Source: Acidobacteriota bacterium
GTDB lineage: Bacteria > Acidobacteriota > CAIWXX01
Direction: 5' to 3'
Assembly (NCBI GenBank): GCA_040755995.1
Contig: JBFMAF010000020.1
Coordinates: 64,001-128,000, forward strand
Length of the DNA stretch: 64,000 nucleotides
The position numbers were made by a program, and so were the translations under genes. A model generated the notes under the pieces. The model ran no database searches. It had not been told where the DNA came from and saw only the letters and a list, made by a program, of their open reading frames with translations. Of this stretch, positions 9,712 to 20,015 are shown piece after piece; position 1 is the first letter of the stretch, and every line of letters begins with the position of its first letter.

Positions 9712-10793
9712 TGTTGGATGCGTGCACCTGGGTCGACTCGGCCGACGAGGACTGTTTCGCCATCGGTGAGTCCTGACGTGACCTCCCAGAGGCTGTCGTT
9801 GGAAGCCCCGGTCGTCACCGGTCGTACGACGACGTCACCTCCATCGCGCCGGCAATAGACGAAGGTGCGCCCCCCTTCCCGGTGAAGCGCGGCGCGTGGC
9901 ACGGCCAGAACGTCCCCATGTTTGTCGATCGTGATCTGAACCGTCGTGGTCATCTCGGGCCGCAGCGTCCGGCCACTCGGTGCCTCGAAATCCACGACGG
10001 TTATGTAGTCGACGACGTTGTCTCGAATCTCCGGCGTGGGATAGATCGCGCTCACCCGGCCCTCGAACTCCTCGCCAGGGTAGGTGTCGACGGTGAAGTG
10101 GGCGGCTTGTCCGATCCGGATGCGTCCGATGTCGGTCTCGTCCACGTATGCCCGCACCTCCAGGCGCGCCAGGTCCACGAGCGTGACGAAGGTGGGGGCC
10201 GCGAGGCTGGCCGAGACCGTCTCGCCTTCCTGTGTCGAGATGGAGGCGACGACGCCGGCGATGGGCGCGTCGATCCGCGCGTAGTCGAGCTGCGTGCTGG
10301 CGAGGGCGAGGTTGGCCGCGGCCTCGGCCTTCCTCTGAGCCGCCACTGCGCGATCGCGCTCCGCAAGCTCGAGATCTGCTGGAGCGACTAACCCGGACGC
10401 CCAGAGCCGGCGCGTGCGGTCGAGGTCCGCGACGTCGCGTTCGAGATTGGCCTGGGCTGCGGCCAGCGCGGCGGCGGCCTGGTCGCGGCGCGCCTGGAGC
10501 TCGCGGTCATCGAGCTCCGCGAGAAGCTGTCCCTTCTCGACCCGGTCGCCGATCTTCACGTGGAGTTGTGCCACGACTCCTGAGGCGCGCGAGCCGACCT
10601 TCACCTCCGCACCCACCATTGCCTTGATGACGCCGGTCGCCTTGACGTTGGTCTCGACGGGACGACGAGTCACCCGAGCACTCGTCCAATCCCGCGAGGG
10701 CTGCGCGTCGTCTCGGGCGGCGCTCCGAGTCAGAATTGCCACCGGGATGACCACGATCCCTGCAATCACGATTCCCCATGCCAGCTTCTTCAT
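9708..10793 (-). CDS. MacA-like periplasmic adaptor (membrane fusion protein)
   Basis: Start at MKKLAWG with GGAGGA RBS; N-terminal TM, VKIGDRVEKGQLLAELD, IDAPIAGVV, VDETDIGRI. Confidence 0.92.
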   Translation of the reverse strand: MKKLAWGIVIAGIVVIPVAILTRSAARDDAQPSRDWTSARVTRRPVETNVKATGVIKAMVGAEVKVGSRASGVVAQLHVKIGDRVEKGQLLAELDDRELQARRDQAAAALAAAQANLERDVADLDRTRRLWASGLVAPADLELAERDRAVAAQRKAEAAANLALASTQLDYARIDAPIAGVVASISTQEGETVSASLAAPTFVTLVDLARLEVRAYVDETDIGRIRIGQAAHFTVDTYPGEEFEGRVSAIYPTPEIRDNVVDYITVVDFEAPSGRTLRPEMTTTVQITIDKHGDVLAVPRAALHREGGRTFVYCRRDGGDVVVRPVTTGASNDSLWEVTSGLTDGETVLVGRVDPGARIQQ

Positions 10794-10834
10794 TCCGAGC
10801 TCCTCCACGCCCCAGGGGAAAGATAGAACACGAA

Positions 10835-10868
10835 GTTGTCTCGGTTGTGTCTGAGTTGTAACAGGTTG
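10835..10868 (-). promoter_or_regulatory. Four phased direct repeats, candidate OmpR-family binding array
   Basis: GTTG at 10835, 10844, 10855 and 10865 (spacing 9/11/10) just upstream of the efflux operon start. Confidence 0.45.
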
Positions 10869-11316
10869 AAACAATAAGAAGGCTCCTCTGGTGTAATCAC
10901 CAGAGAGCGGTCCGTCCGCGACGAAGGAAAATCTACAGACCCCTTGAGACTATGACCCTTTGGCCCTATATTCCTACTCGTGGGGTATGATGTCGATGGG
11001 AACTCGAACATGGTACCATTTGCCACATCCACCGATCTGGCTATCGGAGAGTTGGAGAAGCAATCTTCTATTGCCTCGCCCAGTGGATACGTGGACCCCG
11101 CTGTATTGCCATGCGTGGAGGGGTTGACAGGTGGGAACATCGAGGTCTGGTCGCGCGCGCCCACCGGCGAGGTGCTCGGAAGCGTGCCGGCCATCCACGG
11201 AATCTGCAGCATCGTCCGAGTTCGACAGGTCCTCTGGACCGGTGCTCTTTCCACGATCGACACGAGCACGCCGAGCTAGAGGGTTTTGCCCGGCCGTGCG
11301 GAGTGCGGAGGCGAAT

Positions 11317-13923
11317 ATGAGGCGTTCCCGGCTGATTCTCCTTGCCACGGCCCTGAGTGCGTCAACCCTGGCAATTCCCGCGACTGCTGTTGTTCTGCAC
11401 GCTTCGAATGACGTCGATGGTTGGGTCAAACACGAGCTCGGTCATTCGGTGCGATGGGGCCGGATCGTGGCGACGCAAGCATCATTGGTCTATGCGGCTG
11501 CGGACGCTCAGACGTCCCCCGCGGGCGTCTTCTTGTCAACTGACGGGGGCGCCACATGGGACGATGCGAATGGCAACCTGCCCGAAACCGGGATACGTGC
11601 CATCGCCGTCGACCCGCTCGACTCGAAGGTCATCTACGCTGCGCTCTCGATTCATGGTGTCTACAAGAGCCTGGATCAGGGGCGCAGCTGGAACCTCGCG
11701 ACAGCGGGGCTGCCTCCCGATATCGAAACAACGTGCATTCACGCGAACCCTCGAGCGAGCAGCTCTCTGCTGCTCGGGCTCAAAGGCGGCGGCGTCTTTG
11801 TTAGCACGGATGGGGCCGGCACATGGACTCGGGCCGCCACCTTCAGCGGCGACGTCACCGCAATCGCTTCAGATCCGGACGATGGGAATGTGTACTACAT
11901 CGGGACGTCCGATCAAGGAGTTTACAGGTCCGCGGACGGGGGCTGGACCTGGCTCGCGACACAGGTTGGCCAGTCGGGAAGGGCCGAGGGTCCGATAACG
12001 GCGATCGTCGTCGATCCGTCGGCGACGAATAACGTCTACCTTGCCACAGCATCCGACGGAATCTGGAAATCGACAGACGCCGGGGACACGTGGGCTAGAG
12101 AGACAGGGGGACTGAATGACTCCAGGATCAACGACCTGATTCTCGACAGCACGGATGCGTCCATTCTCTACGCGGCGACGGCGAGCCAAGGCGTTTTTAC
12201 ATCGATCGATGGTGGCGCGCACTGGGTCCAGTTTCCGACCCTGGACATGGCGGACATGAGAGTGCTCGGTCTTGCACTGGATAGAACGGACGGGGATCGC
12301 CTTTACGCGTGGACCCCCACAGCCCTCTACGTGTACCGAATGCAAGCGGCTCCGCGGATCTTGAAGTTCCGGGCAGATCCCGAGAACGTCTCGCGAGGGG
12401 AATCGTCGACTCTGTCCTGGACCGTGGCGAACGCCACCTCCTGTACGATCGATCACCGGATCGGTCACGTCCGGTCGAAGGGACGCAGAACAGTCTCCCC
12501 GCGAACGACAACGACCTACACTCTCACCGCCAAAGGTAAGGGCGGAGCGGCCCGGGCACAGGTCACGGTGACGGTGGGAAGTGGGCGACCCATTATCGAG
12601 TCGTTCGCGGCAAACCCTTCGGCGATTGTTGCCGGGAGCAGCACGACGCTCAGTTGGGCAACCAAGGGCGCGACCCGCTGCGCACTTAACCACGGGATTG
12701 GAGAAGTCCCAACGAGCGGCTCGGTTGTGGTCTCGCCATCGGCAACGACGACTTACACGCTGAGGGCGACGGGCAGCGGCGGTGTCACGGCCTGGTCCGT
12801 GACGGTCTCGGTCTCCCCCATCGTGATCGACTCCTTCTCCGCCACCCCCTCGGCGATTCTTGTCGGGAGCAGCGCGACGCTCAGTTGGTCAACCCAGGGG
12901 GCGACCCACTGCGCACTTGACAACCTGATTGGAGAAGTCCCCACGAGCGGCTCGGTTGTGGTCTCGCCATCGGCGACGACGGTCTATACTCTAACCGCGA
13001 GCGGGTCTGGCGGCACGACGACCAAGACGACGACGGTGACGGTCACTGCCATTTACGGCTTCGCAGCGAGCCCGGCGTCGATCAACACAGGCGATAGCAC
13101 GACCTTATCCTGGCAGGCCGGAGGCACCTCCGCCTCAATTGACCACGGCATCGGCGGCGTGCCAATCAACGGCTCGATTGTCGTCTCACCCGCCACGACC
13201 ACGACTTACACGCTCACGGCATGGGCTCCGGGAGGGTTTTCAGTCACGGCGGCCGTCACTGTTCTCGTAAACCAGCTTCCCACGATAGACAATCTCACGG
13301 CAGCGCCCGATCCTGTCGAAAGCGGCCAACAGGCAACGATCACCTTCACGCTCAACGATCCGGAAGGGGACACGATGAGCTGGACGGCGACAGTGTCGAA
13401 CGGAGGCGGCGGGGTACTCGACGTCACCGCCGGGAGCGGTGTCAGTTCCGGGTCGACGGTGACCGTGCATTTCACTTCGTCAGCCGTCGCACACGTTTCG
13501 GTTCGGATTGACGTCAGCGACGCAGGCGGCGCGACGAACAGCGCGACCGCCGCCTTCGCCGTCAAACTCACCCGGAGCGTTGTGGGAACCCTCACAAGGC
13601 CGGCTCCTGGGACTATTATCATCCCAGGGCTATTTGTCCCCGTACCGTACGCGAGGGTTTCTTCCGCATCCACACTAATGATCACCGCCACCGTAACCGG
13701 CTCGACCTTCAGCTATCTCGCCGTCTCCCTCGCGAACGCCGGGAGCGGCACGTATACTCCATTCGAGCCTCTTGTGAACGGCCTGAACACATACGCGATC
13801 CAGAATGATGGGACGAACAACGCTTGGTTCGGCCTTGGGTTGCCGGGGAGTGTGTATGACGGTGTCGGCTTTGACTTCTCGGCGGGAGCTGCCAATTTGA
13901 ACATCTCCTGGGTCTGGCAGTAG
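11317..13923 (+). CDS. Secreted BNR/Asp-box beta-propeller protein with tandem Ig-like repeats
   Basis: ATG 11317 with GGAGG RBS and signal peptide; repeated S-x-D-G-G-x-T-W boxes; four approximately 78-aa repeats containing LSW...TTTYTLTA. Confidence 0.88.
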   Translation: MRRSRLILLATALSASTLAIPATAVVLHASNDVDGWVKHELGHSVRWGRIVATQASLVYAAADAQTSPAGVFLSTDGGATWDDANGNLPETGIRAIAVDPLDSKVIYAALSIHGVYKSLDQGRSWNLATAGLPPDIETTCIHANPRASSSLLLGLKGGGVFVSTDGAGTWTRAATFSGDVTAIASDPDDGNVYYIGTSDQGVYRSADGGWTWLATQVGQSGRAEGPITAIVVDPSATNNVYLATASDGIWKSTDAGDTWARETGGLNDSRINDLILDSTDASILYAATASQGVFTSIDGGAHWVQFPTLDMADMRVLGLALDRTDGDRLYAWTPTALYVYRMQAAPRILKFRADPENVSRGESSTLSWTVANATSCTIDHRIGHVRSKGRRTVSPRTTTTYTLTAKGKGGAARAQVTVTVGSGRPIIESFAANPSAIVAGSSTTLSWATKGATRCALNHGIGEVPTSGSVVVSPSATTTYTLRATGSGGVTAWSVTVSVSPIVIDSFSATPSAILVGSSATLSWSTQGATHCALDNLIGEVPTSGSVVVSPSATTVYTLTASGSGGTTTKTTTVTVTAIYGFAASPASINTGDSTTLSWQAGGTSASIDHGIGGVPINGSIVVSPATTTTYTLTAWAPGGFSVTAAVTVLVNQLPTIDNLTAAPDPVESGQQATITFTLNDPEGDTMSWTATVSNGGGGVLDVTAGSGVSSGSTVTVHFTSSAVAHVSVRIDVSDAGGATNSATAAFAVKLTRSVVGTLTRPAPGTIIIPGLFVPVPYARVSSASTLMITATVTGSTFSYLAVSLANAGSGTYTPFEPLVNGLNTYAIQNDGTNNAWFGLGLPGSVYDGVGFDFSAGAANLNISWVWQ

Positions 13924-14161
13924 ACGCAGACGAAGTCCCCGACGCGGCGAGGCCGCGACAGTGCAGGTGGCTCGACCAGCTCGGGGAGCCCCTACCCGAA
14001 CGAATGGGGAATGAGAAGTCAGGAACGACGATCTACGGGGTATTCCTGAGTTCCCTGTTCCTCTCATTCTGAGGCCGGAGCCCAAAGAATCGATATGCCG
14101 GCCCGGCATGGATCATCAGGTCAAGGCGTTTCGCCAGTCCACTGCACAGGGCTCAAGGCGG

Positions 14162-15388
14162 CTATTTCCGATCATCCGGTGCCACTTTGGCGGTCAGCAA
14201 CGCCAGAACCCATTCCAGGCTGTACCTGCCCCTGGTCTTCTGCCAGAGATACAACGTCACCTCGAGCGCCACGATCGCGGCGAGGCCGCACGCGAGCGCC
14301 GGGATGTCATTCATGAGCGAGGAGATGCGGTACTGGCCGCTGACAAGGTATACCGCCAAGAGCGTCCAACCGATGATCAGGTAGTGCAGGAAATAGAAGG
14401 AAAGCGAGAACCTGCTGGTAAGGCTGAGGAGGCGCCCGAAGTGTCCTTCGGCTGCATTGCCTATCTTGAGCACGTCGAAGAAGTAGAACAGGAAGCTGTA
14501 GGACGCGAGCACCATCCCGGTCTGGAACAGGACCATGCTGGAGGAGTCCGGGCTGAAACTCAGGGGGGCGATGAAGCCGCCGATGACGGCCGCCGCAGGG
14601 GCGCCGCGGGCTGCATACGCCGTTGCGAGCCCGGCCGTCGCCAACGACGCGCCGAGAACGAATAGGTGCAGCACATCTCCCCGAGCCTTCCCCTCGACTA
14701 TGCGCCGACCCAGCACGAACCCGATCAACGGAAACATGAGCCACGGGAAGAGAGGGAAGTATCCGTTCGCCAAGAAGCCGAGGACGATCGGCTTGACCTG
14801 CCAGATGACATGGTACTTCGCGATCGGCTCGACGTAAGCCCCGGGTAGGTACTCAGAAATGAACGGTACGTTCCTCAGCCCGCCTCCCCAGTAAGCGGCG
14901 AACTCGGTGGTCCCGCGCAAGATGGGCGCGGCCAGGCCCAGGCCGGCGGCCGACAACAGAATCGCCCGCGAGCGCAGCGAACGGCAGCCGTATAGGACGA
15001 CCGTCGCAAACCCCATGAGAGTCAGGATGTCCCACTGCCACAGCTGGCTCGGTCCCCAGGTGAGTGCGAGCATCAGTAGCCCGATGCCGAAGATGTACAA
15101 GCTGCGAATGACGGCACGCCTGAGGAGCAGACTATCGTCGGGGAATCCCCGCCTCGCGGTTGAGAGCACCTGGCTCATTCCCATCATCATGAGGAAGCAG
15201 GCGGCTCCCCAGTCGCCCAAAGCGTGATCCATCAGGAAGTAGGGCCAGGTGTTGGCCGCCTGGTCGTTACCGAAGTAGAGCTGGAAGTGGTCCAAGACCA
15301 TCCCGATGAGCGCGCAGCCGCGCATCACATCGATGGATAGAACTCGCTCGGAGTGCTGGTGAGAGGAGCTGACCGATTCTGTTGACAT
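14162..15388 (-). CDS. Membrane acyltransferase-like protein (HGSNAT catalytic / DUF1624-DUF418-like)
   Basis: RVLSIDVMRGCALIGMVLDH N-terminal motif, WDIL, YFPLFPW, SLSFYFLHY, C-terminal LEW; multiple TM helices. Confidence 0.82.
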   Translation of the reverse strand: MSTESVSSSHQHSERVLSIDVMRGCALIGMVLDHFQLYFGNDQAANTWPYFLMDHALGDWGAACFLMMMGMSQVLSTARRGFPDDSLLLRRAVIRSLYIFGIGLLMLALTWGPSQLWQWDILTLMGFATVVLYGCRSLRSRAILLSAAGLGLAAPILRGTTEFAAYWGGGLRNVPFISEYLPGAYVEPIAKYHVIWQVKPIVLGFLANGYFPLFPWLMFPLIGFVLGRRIVEGKARGDVLHLFVLGASLATAGLATAYAARGAPAAAVIGGFIAPLSFSPDSSSMVLFQTGMVLASYSFLFYFFDVLKIGNAAEGHFGRLLSLTSRFSLSFYFLHYLIIGWTLLAVYLVSGQYRISSLMNDIPALACGLAAIVALEVTLYLWQKTRGRYSLEWVLALLTAKVAPDDRK

Positions 15389-15975
15389 GGTACCCGTTTC
15401 CGGCCTTCCTTGCTTCTTCCGCTTTACTACATCAGTAGTATCGCATTCAGGGGACGCATTGAGCCTGGTCAGCTATCAGAAGCGAGCCCGAATCCTTCCC
15501 ACGCCAGAATACCCTCCACCGACCAGCAATGCAAGTTCAGCGCCGCGGATGAACTGCCGACTCCATCGGCGTTCCTATCATCCAATCTCGGAGCGCTCGG
15601 CGGGCGATTCCTCCTCAGCTCACTCGCTCCTCCCTACTCACACATGCGCAACTCGACCTCCAAACCGCGTTCTTTTCTCGAAAGGCAGATGGGATGCACA
15701 ATGTCGATACCGCCGCATGGTGATCTACTGGCCGACTGCGGACCCTTGAAATACCCCGCGAGGGTGCTATGTTGAGACAATTGGGGCAGGGCAGGACCCA
15801 AGAGTAGACGCGGGTGTTGTCTGTGATCACGCGGGTGGCAGGGGGCGGGTCCGATGGGTGGCAGTCGATGCCGGGACGGGGTTTCCTCGCCACCCCCCGA
15901 GGGGGCTTGCGCGTGTTCTCGGGCTCGATCGCACGGGCGCGACGCGTTTGCACAGGAAATCAGGAGTAGAAACGA

Positions 15976-16851
15976 ATGAAATCACATCGGTTCCCCTCAA
16001 CTGCGGCCCTCACGGCGGCGGCAATTGTCGTAGTGATCCTCCTCATGGGAGGCCTTGCTCTATCGGCGGCTGAGCCGGCAGACAGCGAGCAGTTGCAGGC
16101 AGGCGCAGGTCCCGCCTTCATCCACGTCGCCAGTCCTGCGAATATCTCCGGCAACTACACCGACATCGACAATCCGGCATCGAACAACAGACCGGATGCG
16201 GTCATGCAGGTCACGGCGAATTGGGCCCCCCACAGCGTCTACAACAACCACCCTATCGGCGTCTGGTACCACAACAATCGGTGGTCCATCTTCAACCAGG
16301 ACCTGGCAGCCATGCCCGACCAGGCGGCGTTCAATGTCCAGGTGCTCAAGAGAAGCAGGGCAGCGTTCATTCATTCGGCCAGCAAGGCGAACAGCGTCGG
16401 CAACTGGACGGACGTCAGCAGCCCCAAGACGAACGGCAAGCCCAACGCTCTGGTGTTGGTAACACCGAACTGGGCGCCTCGCCACGTCTACGACAACCAC
16501 TCCATCGGCGTTTGGTACCACTCCAAGTGGTCGATCTTCCACCAGGACGGTGCGCCCATCCCCCGCAAGGCGGCATACAATGTCCAGGTCCTCAAGACTG
16601 GCCCATCAGCCTTCATTCACGTGGCGGATCCCTCCAACAGCGCTGGCAACTGGACCGACATCGACAGCGCCGCCACCAACGCCCGGCCGGACGCCATCGT
16701 GATCGTCACACAGAACTGGGCTCCACACGGGGTCTACAATGACCATCCGATCGGGTTGTGGTACCACAGCGGCAAGTGGTCCATCTTCAACCAGGACTTG
16801 ACACCCATCCCCAATCAGGCAGCCTTCAACGTGCACGTGCTGTATCCCTGA
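15976..16851 (+). CDS. Secreted protein with three tandem ~83-aa repeats (DUF7452-like)
   Basis: AGGAG RBS and signal peptide; three copies of AFIH...GNxTD...NWAP..VY..H.IG.WY...WSIF.QD...AAxNV. Confidence 0.88.
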   Translation: MKSHRFPSTAALTAAAIVVVILLMGGLALSAAEPADSEQLQAGAGPAFIHVASPANISGNYTDIDNPASNNRPDAVMQVTANWAPHSVYNNHPIGVWYHNNRWSIFNQDLAAMPDQAAFNVQVLKRSRAAFIHSASKANSVGNWTDVSSPKTNGKPNALVLVTPNWAPRHVYDNHSIGVWYHSKWSIFHQDGAPIPRKAAYNVQVLKTGPSAFIHVADPSNSAGNWTDIDSAATNARPDAIVIVTQNWAPHGVYNDHPIGLWYHSGKWSIFNQDLTPIPNQAAFNVHVLYP

Positions 16852-16872
16852 CCGGTGGCACGAGCCCGCTTC

Positions 16873-16925
16873 GCGCGGCGCGTTGGACCAGGGGAGGGAG
16901 CCGATTCGTCTCCAGCGCGCCGCGC
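16873..16925. terminator. GC-rich stem-loop between convergent genes
   Basis: GCGCGGCGCGTTGGA pairs with TCCAGCGCGCCGCGC (15 bp, one G-U pair); no U-tract. Confidence 0.4.
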
Positions 16926-17040
16926 CGGGTCTGGCGCGGACTGGCCGAGATGCAGGTTCTGCTGAAGACGGACGCCCACGATGTAGTGGTCGTCGGGATA
17001 GACGATCTTGGCGCGATTTACGGAGAACCCGTGAGCGGTC

Positions 17041-17556
17041 CTAGATCAGTGCGTTCCCCCCGGCTACGTACGCATCCTGCAGCGCATCGACGTGTCTCTT
17101 GAGATCCGCCCAATCCTTCCAGAATTTCCTGTCGCAGGTGCGTAGACTCTTGCACTGGATGCAAGAAGCCAGCTTCTTGTCGACCGCGCATTTCAGCACC
17201 GTGCACCGCTGGTTGTTTGCGTTGGTCGGCTTGCCTGGGGCCTTGCACCCGTAGCAGAAGACCTTGTCGGCGTCGAAATCCTCTCCGGTGTTGGCCTTCC
17301 ACCCCCACTCGTCGTAGACGGCACGTTTCATCTCGACGTTGTTCTCCTGGGTAGCCTTGTAGAGCTTGCAGTCTGGGCCGCAAACCAGACCGCAATATGA
17401 GAGTTTGTCGGGGTCCGGCGGAGACGGCTTCTCGCCCGATGACGTCTGCCCCGCCTCCGCGGCGCGAGCCTGAAACGGACACAGAGCTAGCGCGCAGGTC
17501 ACTCCAGCTTGTGAGCACACTTTCATGAAGTCGCGGCGTCCAATGATGTCCAGCAT
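17041..17556 (-). CDS. Tat-exported Cys-rich DUF3795-like protein
   Basis: GGAGG RBS before ATG 17556; GRRDFMK Tat motif; YCGLVC..C, CYGC, CIQC pattern. Confidence 0.82.
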   Translation of the reverse strand: MLDIIGRRDFMKVCSQAGVTCALALCPFQARAAEAGQTSSGEKPSPPDPDKLSYCGLVCGPDCKLYKATQENNVEMKRAVYDEWGWKANTGEDFDADKVFCYGCKAPGKPTNANNQRCTVLKCAVDKKLASCIQCKSLRTCDRKFWKDWADLKRHVDALQDAYVAGGNALI

Positions 17557-18071
17557 ACGAATCCTCCAAATTATCGTGTCGCAGTTGTTCTGCCAGTTCG
17601 CCCGAAGCTCGCCTTCGCGGCCCTCTGGAATCGATCCAGCCACAAGCTACAGGAAACGCCGCGACCGCCAATCGGCGTTGTTGCCGATCGCCGGATTCTC
17701 GGGACGAAGTGGCCCTGACCCGGGGTGACAACTCGGGAGATCCGCTCGGCGGGAGACTCGGCGCGGAGACGGGAGACGGGGAGGCCGCCGCGTTGGCGTG
17801 CAGGTGCGGCGACATGGTAACGTCTGCGCCGAATTCCGGAGAGATGATCTCTCTTGAAGACGGCTGAAGGGCACCCTGCGCTGATTGTTTGCGTTCACTC
17901 GTTCCGGGGCGGCACGGGCAAGTCGAACACGACGGCGAACATGGCGGCCCCGTAGGCGCCAGCTGCTTGCGCTAGCAACTCCTCTCGTGATCCAGGACAA
18001 GGGGAGGCAGGACCATGATCGCTGGGTGAGCACCGCGCCGAGGACCGTTGCGGCCGCCCGATGATCGACTA

Positions 18072-18863
18072 CTAAGGCTTCCTGGCGGCGTAGCCCTCTT
18101 CCAGAAACTGGGGGAAGCCTCTGTCTGAGGCACGTTCGATGAGGAGCTTTGCGGGGAACGCAGCGGCAAGCGAACGGATCATCCGTCCGTAGGTCGGATA
18201 GCCGAGCGACTTCGTGCCGTCCTCGCTGACATAGGCCATGAGCTGTTCCCAGGTCAGTTGTGGCGAGTCGCCCACTCGCGCCTCGAAGTTCCCAGCGCAC
18301 AGAATGGCCAGCCCCTCGAAGAACCACGTCGGCCCCATCGCCTCCTCACTTCCGTGCAGCGACACAGCGACTCTCGCATGGGCCCGGTGGGCAACTTCGT
18401 GCGCGATCAGACCACGATACTGCGCCTCATCCCACGGCCAGTCCGGGTAGAGCCGAATATAGGTCTTCCGATAGACCTCCGGGCACACAACGAACAGGGT
18501 CTTCTGGTCGACTGTGCCGCTGAACGAATCCGGGACGGCGGTCCGGTCGACCCCGAAATGGGCGGCCACCTTCGTCTGCGCTGTCTCGATGTCACCAAGA
18601 ACAACGGCCCTGTCGATCAGGTCCTCCCTGCGCGTCTCGAATCCCTGTTGCGTGAACCACGCCGCGACCCGGTCCACGGCCGCCAGGATGTCCTCTCGAT
18701 AACGATCCCGCTCCCCCTCCAGATCGGCTGGAAGCTCGATTCGAATGTCGTGGTTCATGTTCCGATCCTGTGCGGCGGTCGCGCGTGACCACAACGTCAC
18801 CGAAAGAGCGCAGAAGAACAAGGCACGCCTGCCACACCTCTTCTCCACGTCGAATACCCTCAT
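18072..18863 (-). CDS. Zincin-like (clan MA) metallopeptidase-domain protein
   Basis: HEVAH followed by WFFEGLA; possible signal peptide; exact start uncertain (18863 or 18872). Confidence 0.7.
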   Translation of the reverse strand: MRVFDVEKRCGRRALFFCALSVTLWSRATAAQDRNMNHDIRIELPADLEGERDRYREDILAAVDRVAAWFTQQGFETRREDLIDRAVVLGDIETAQTKVAAHFGVDRTAVPDSFSGTVDQKTLFVVCPEVYRKTYIRLYPDWPWDEAQYRGLIAHEVAHRAHARVAVSLHGSEEAMGPTWFFEGLAILCAGNFEARVGDSPQLTWEQLMAYVSEDGTKSLGYPTYGRMIRSLAAAFPAKLLIERASDRGFPQFLEEGYAARKP

Positions 18864-18960
18864 CTCACCCATCCTCTCCAAGGGCCGACAACAACTCTTC
18901 GATACGAGCGTTGGGAGCTGGAAGTTCCGACCCCACCTCCGCTTGCGGTGGATATCCTTC

Positions 18961-19423
18961 CTACCGGCGCGACGCGAGCTCGTCGCGCACGAGGCTCTCG
19001 GCTCCACCGGCTGCGACGAGACGCTGCATCGCCGGCAGGAGAGGAGGGATACTCCATGACCTGTCTCCAACGCTCACGGTGGCCTTGACGAAGTCGATCG
19101 TCGCCGTCAGGCCGGTCACGATGGTCTTCTCCGCTTTCGCCCTGTCGGCAAACTGCGTGGCGATCGCACCAGCGAACTCTGGGCAGTCCAGGCAGATGTA
19201 GCCGTTGTTGAATGCGTTGCGCGAGTATGTCTGGCTGAAGCTCACGGCGATCACGAGCTGGATGCCGCGGTACTTGAACTTCGGGATGACCGCCCCGGGT
19301 GTTGTCGTGCGTCATCACATGTTTCGGACGGACCGCCACGAAGTCCAGCGCGTGGACCTCGAACCCCTCCGGCATATCTACCGCAAACTTCTGCGTCACC
19401 TTCTCGATAAGCGTCTGTGCCAT
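18961..19423 (-). pseudogene. Internally deleted, frameshifted homoaconitase (LysF/Lys4-like aconitase family)
   Basis: N-terminus MAQTLIEKVTQKFAV...VRPKHVMTHDNT; removing one extra C gives GAVIPKFK joined directly to swivel-domain sequence YRGIQLVIAVSFSQTYSRNAFNNG; the Fe-S core is missing. Confidence 0.8.
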
Positions 19424-20015
19424 GGGCTCCTCCCGTGCACGAATGCGAGATCCCATCATATCAGACGATCCCGCGCGCTCGGAGAGAGCGATCTCGACTG
19501 CTGCCAGGTGCCAGGAGTGATCGGCCTCGACTTGCGGGTGCGTCCGCCGTCTGCAAAGCGCGGGCACGCCTGCTCCGACGCCATCACGCGTCGCCGCGCG
19601 GCCCGCCATGGCAGCGTTCGCCAGAGAGCTGTACCCGGGAGAGTTCCCGGGAAGCGTTTGAGCAACACGCAATCGACTCGTCGAGGCCGCAGAGAGCACA
19701 GGGGGGTGCGGCCGGCCGGGCAGCTCTCTGCGGTCTCCGTATGCGCCGCTCTGAGCAGCCTCAGGTAGGACGCCCGAGATCGTCTCGGAACTGACGGGAA
19801 TCGGCTCATACGGGAGCCATTTCTCATACGCGCGCGCGGGGATTTGGGCGGTCGTTCCAACAAAACTCCTTGCGCCGGTGGGTCTCCGCAACTATCATTT
19901 ACCTCTTGTTGAGGGGGCAGACGGCTGCTGTGAGATCGAGACGCACTGGCATGCGTCGACCAGTCTGGAGGGACTTCATATTCGACCACCGCCCTGATCC
20001 TGAGAGGAGGAGCGC

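Noticed and set aside
10980..11279. 99-aa intergenic ORF and the overlapping 159-aa minus-strand ORF
   Set aside because: No RBS or recognisable motif; cannot be supported as genes
15389..15975. Long intergenic gaps (also 17557-18071 and 19424-20015) as riboswitch or sRNA loci
   Set aside because: No recognisable aptamer or conserved structure; an Rfam search would be needed
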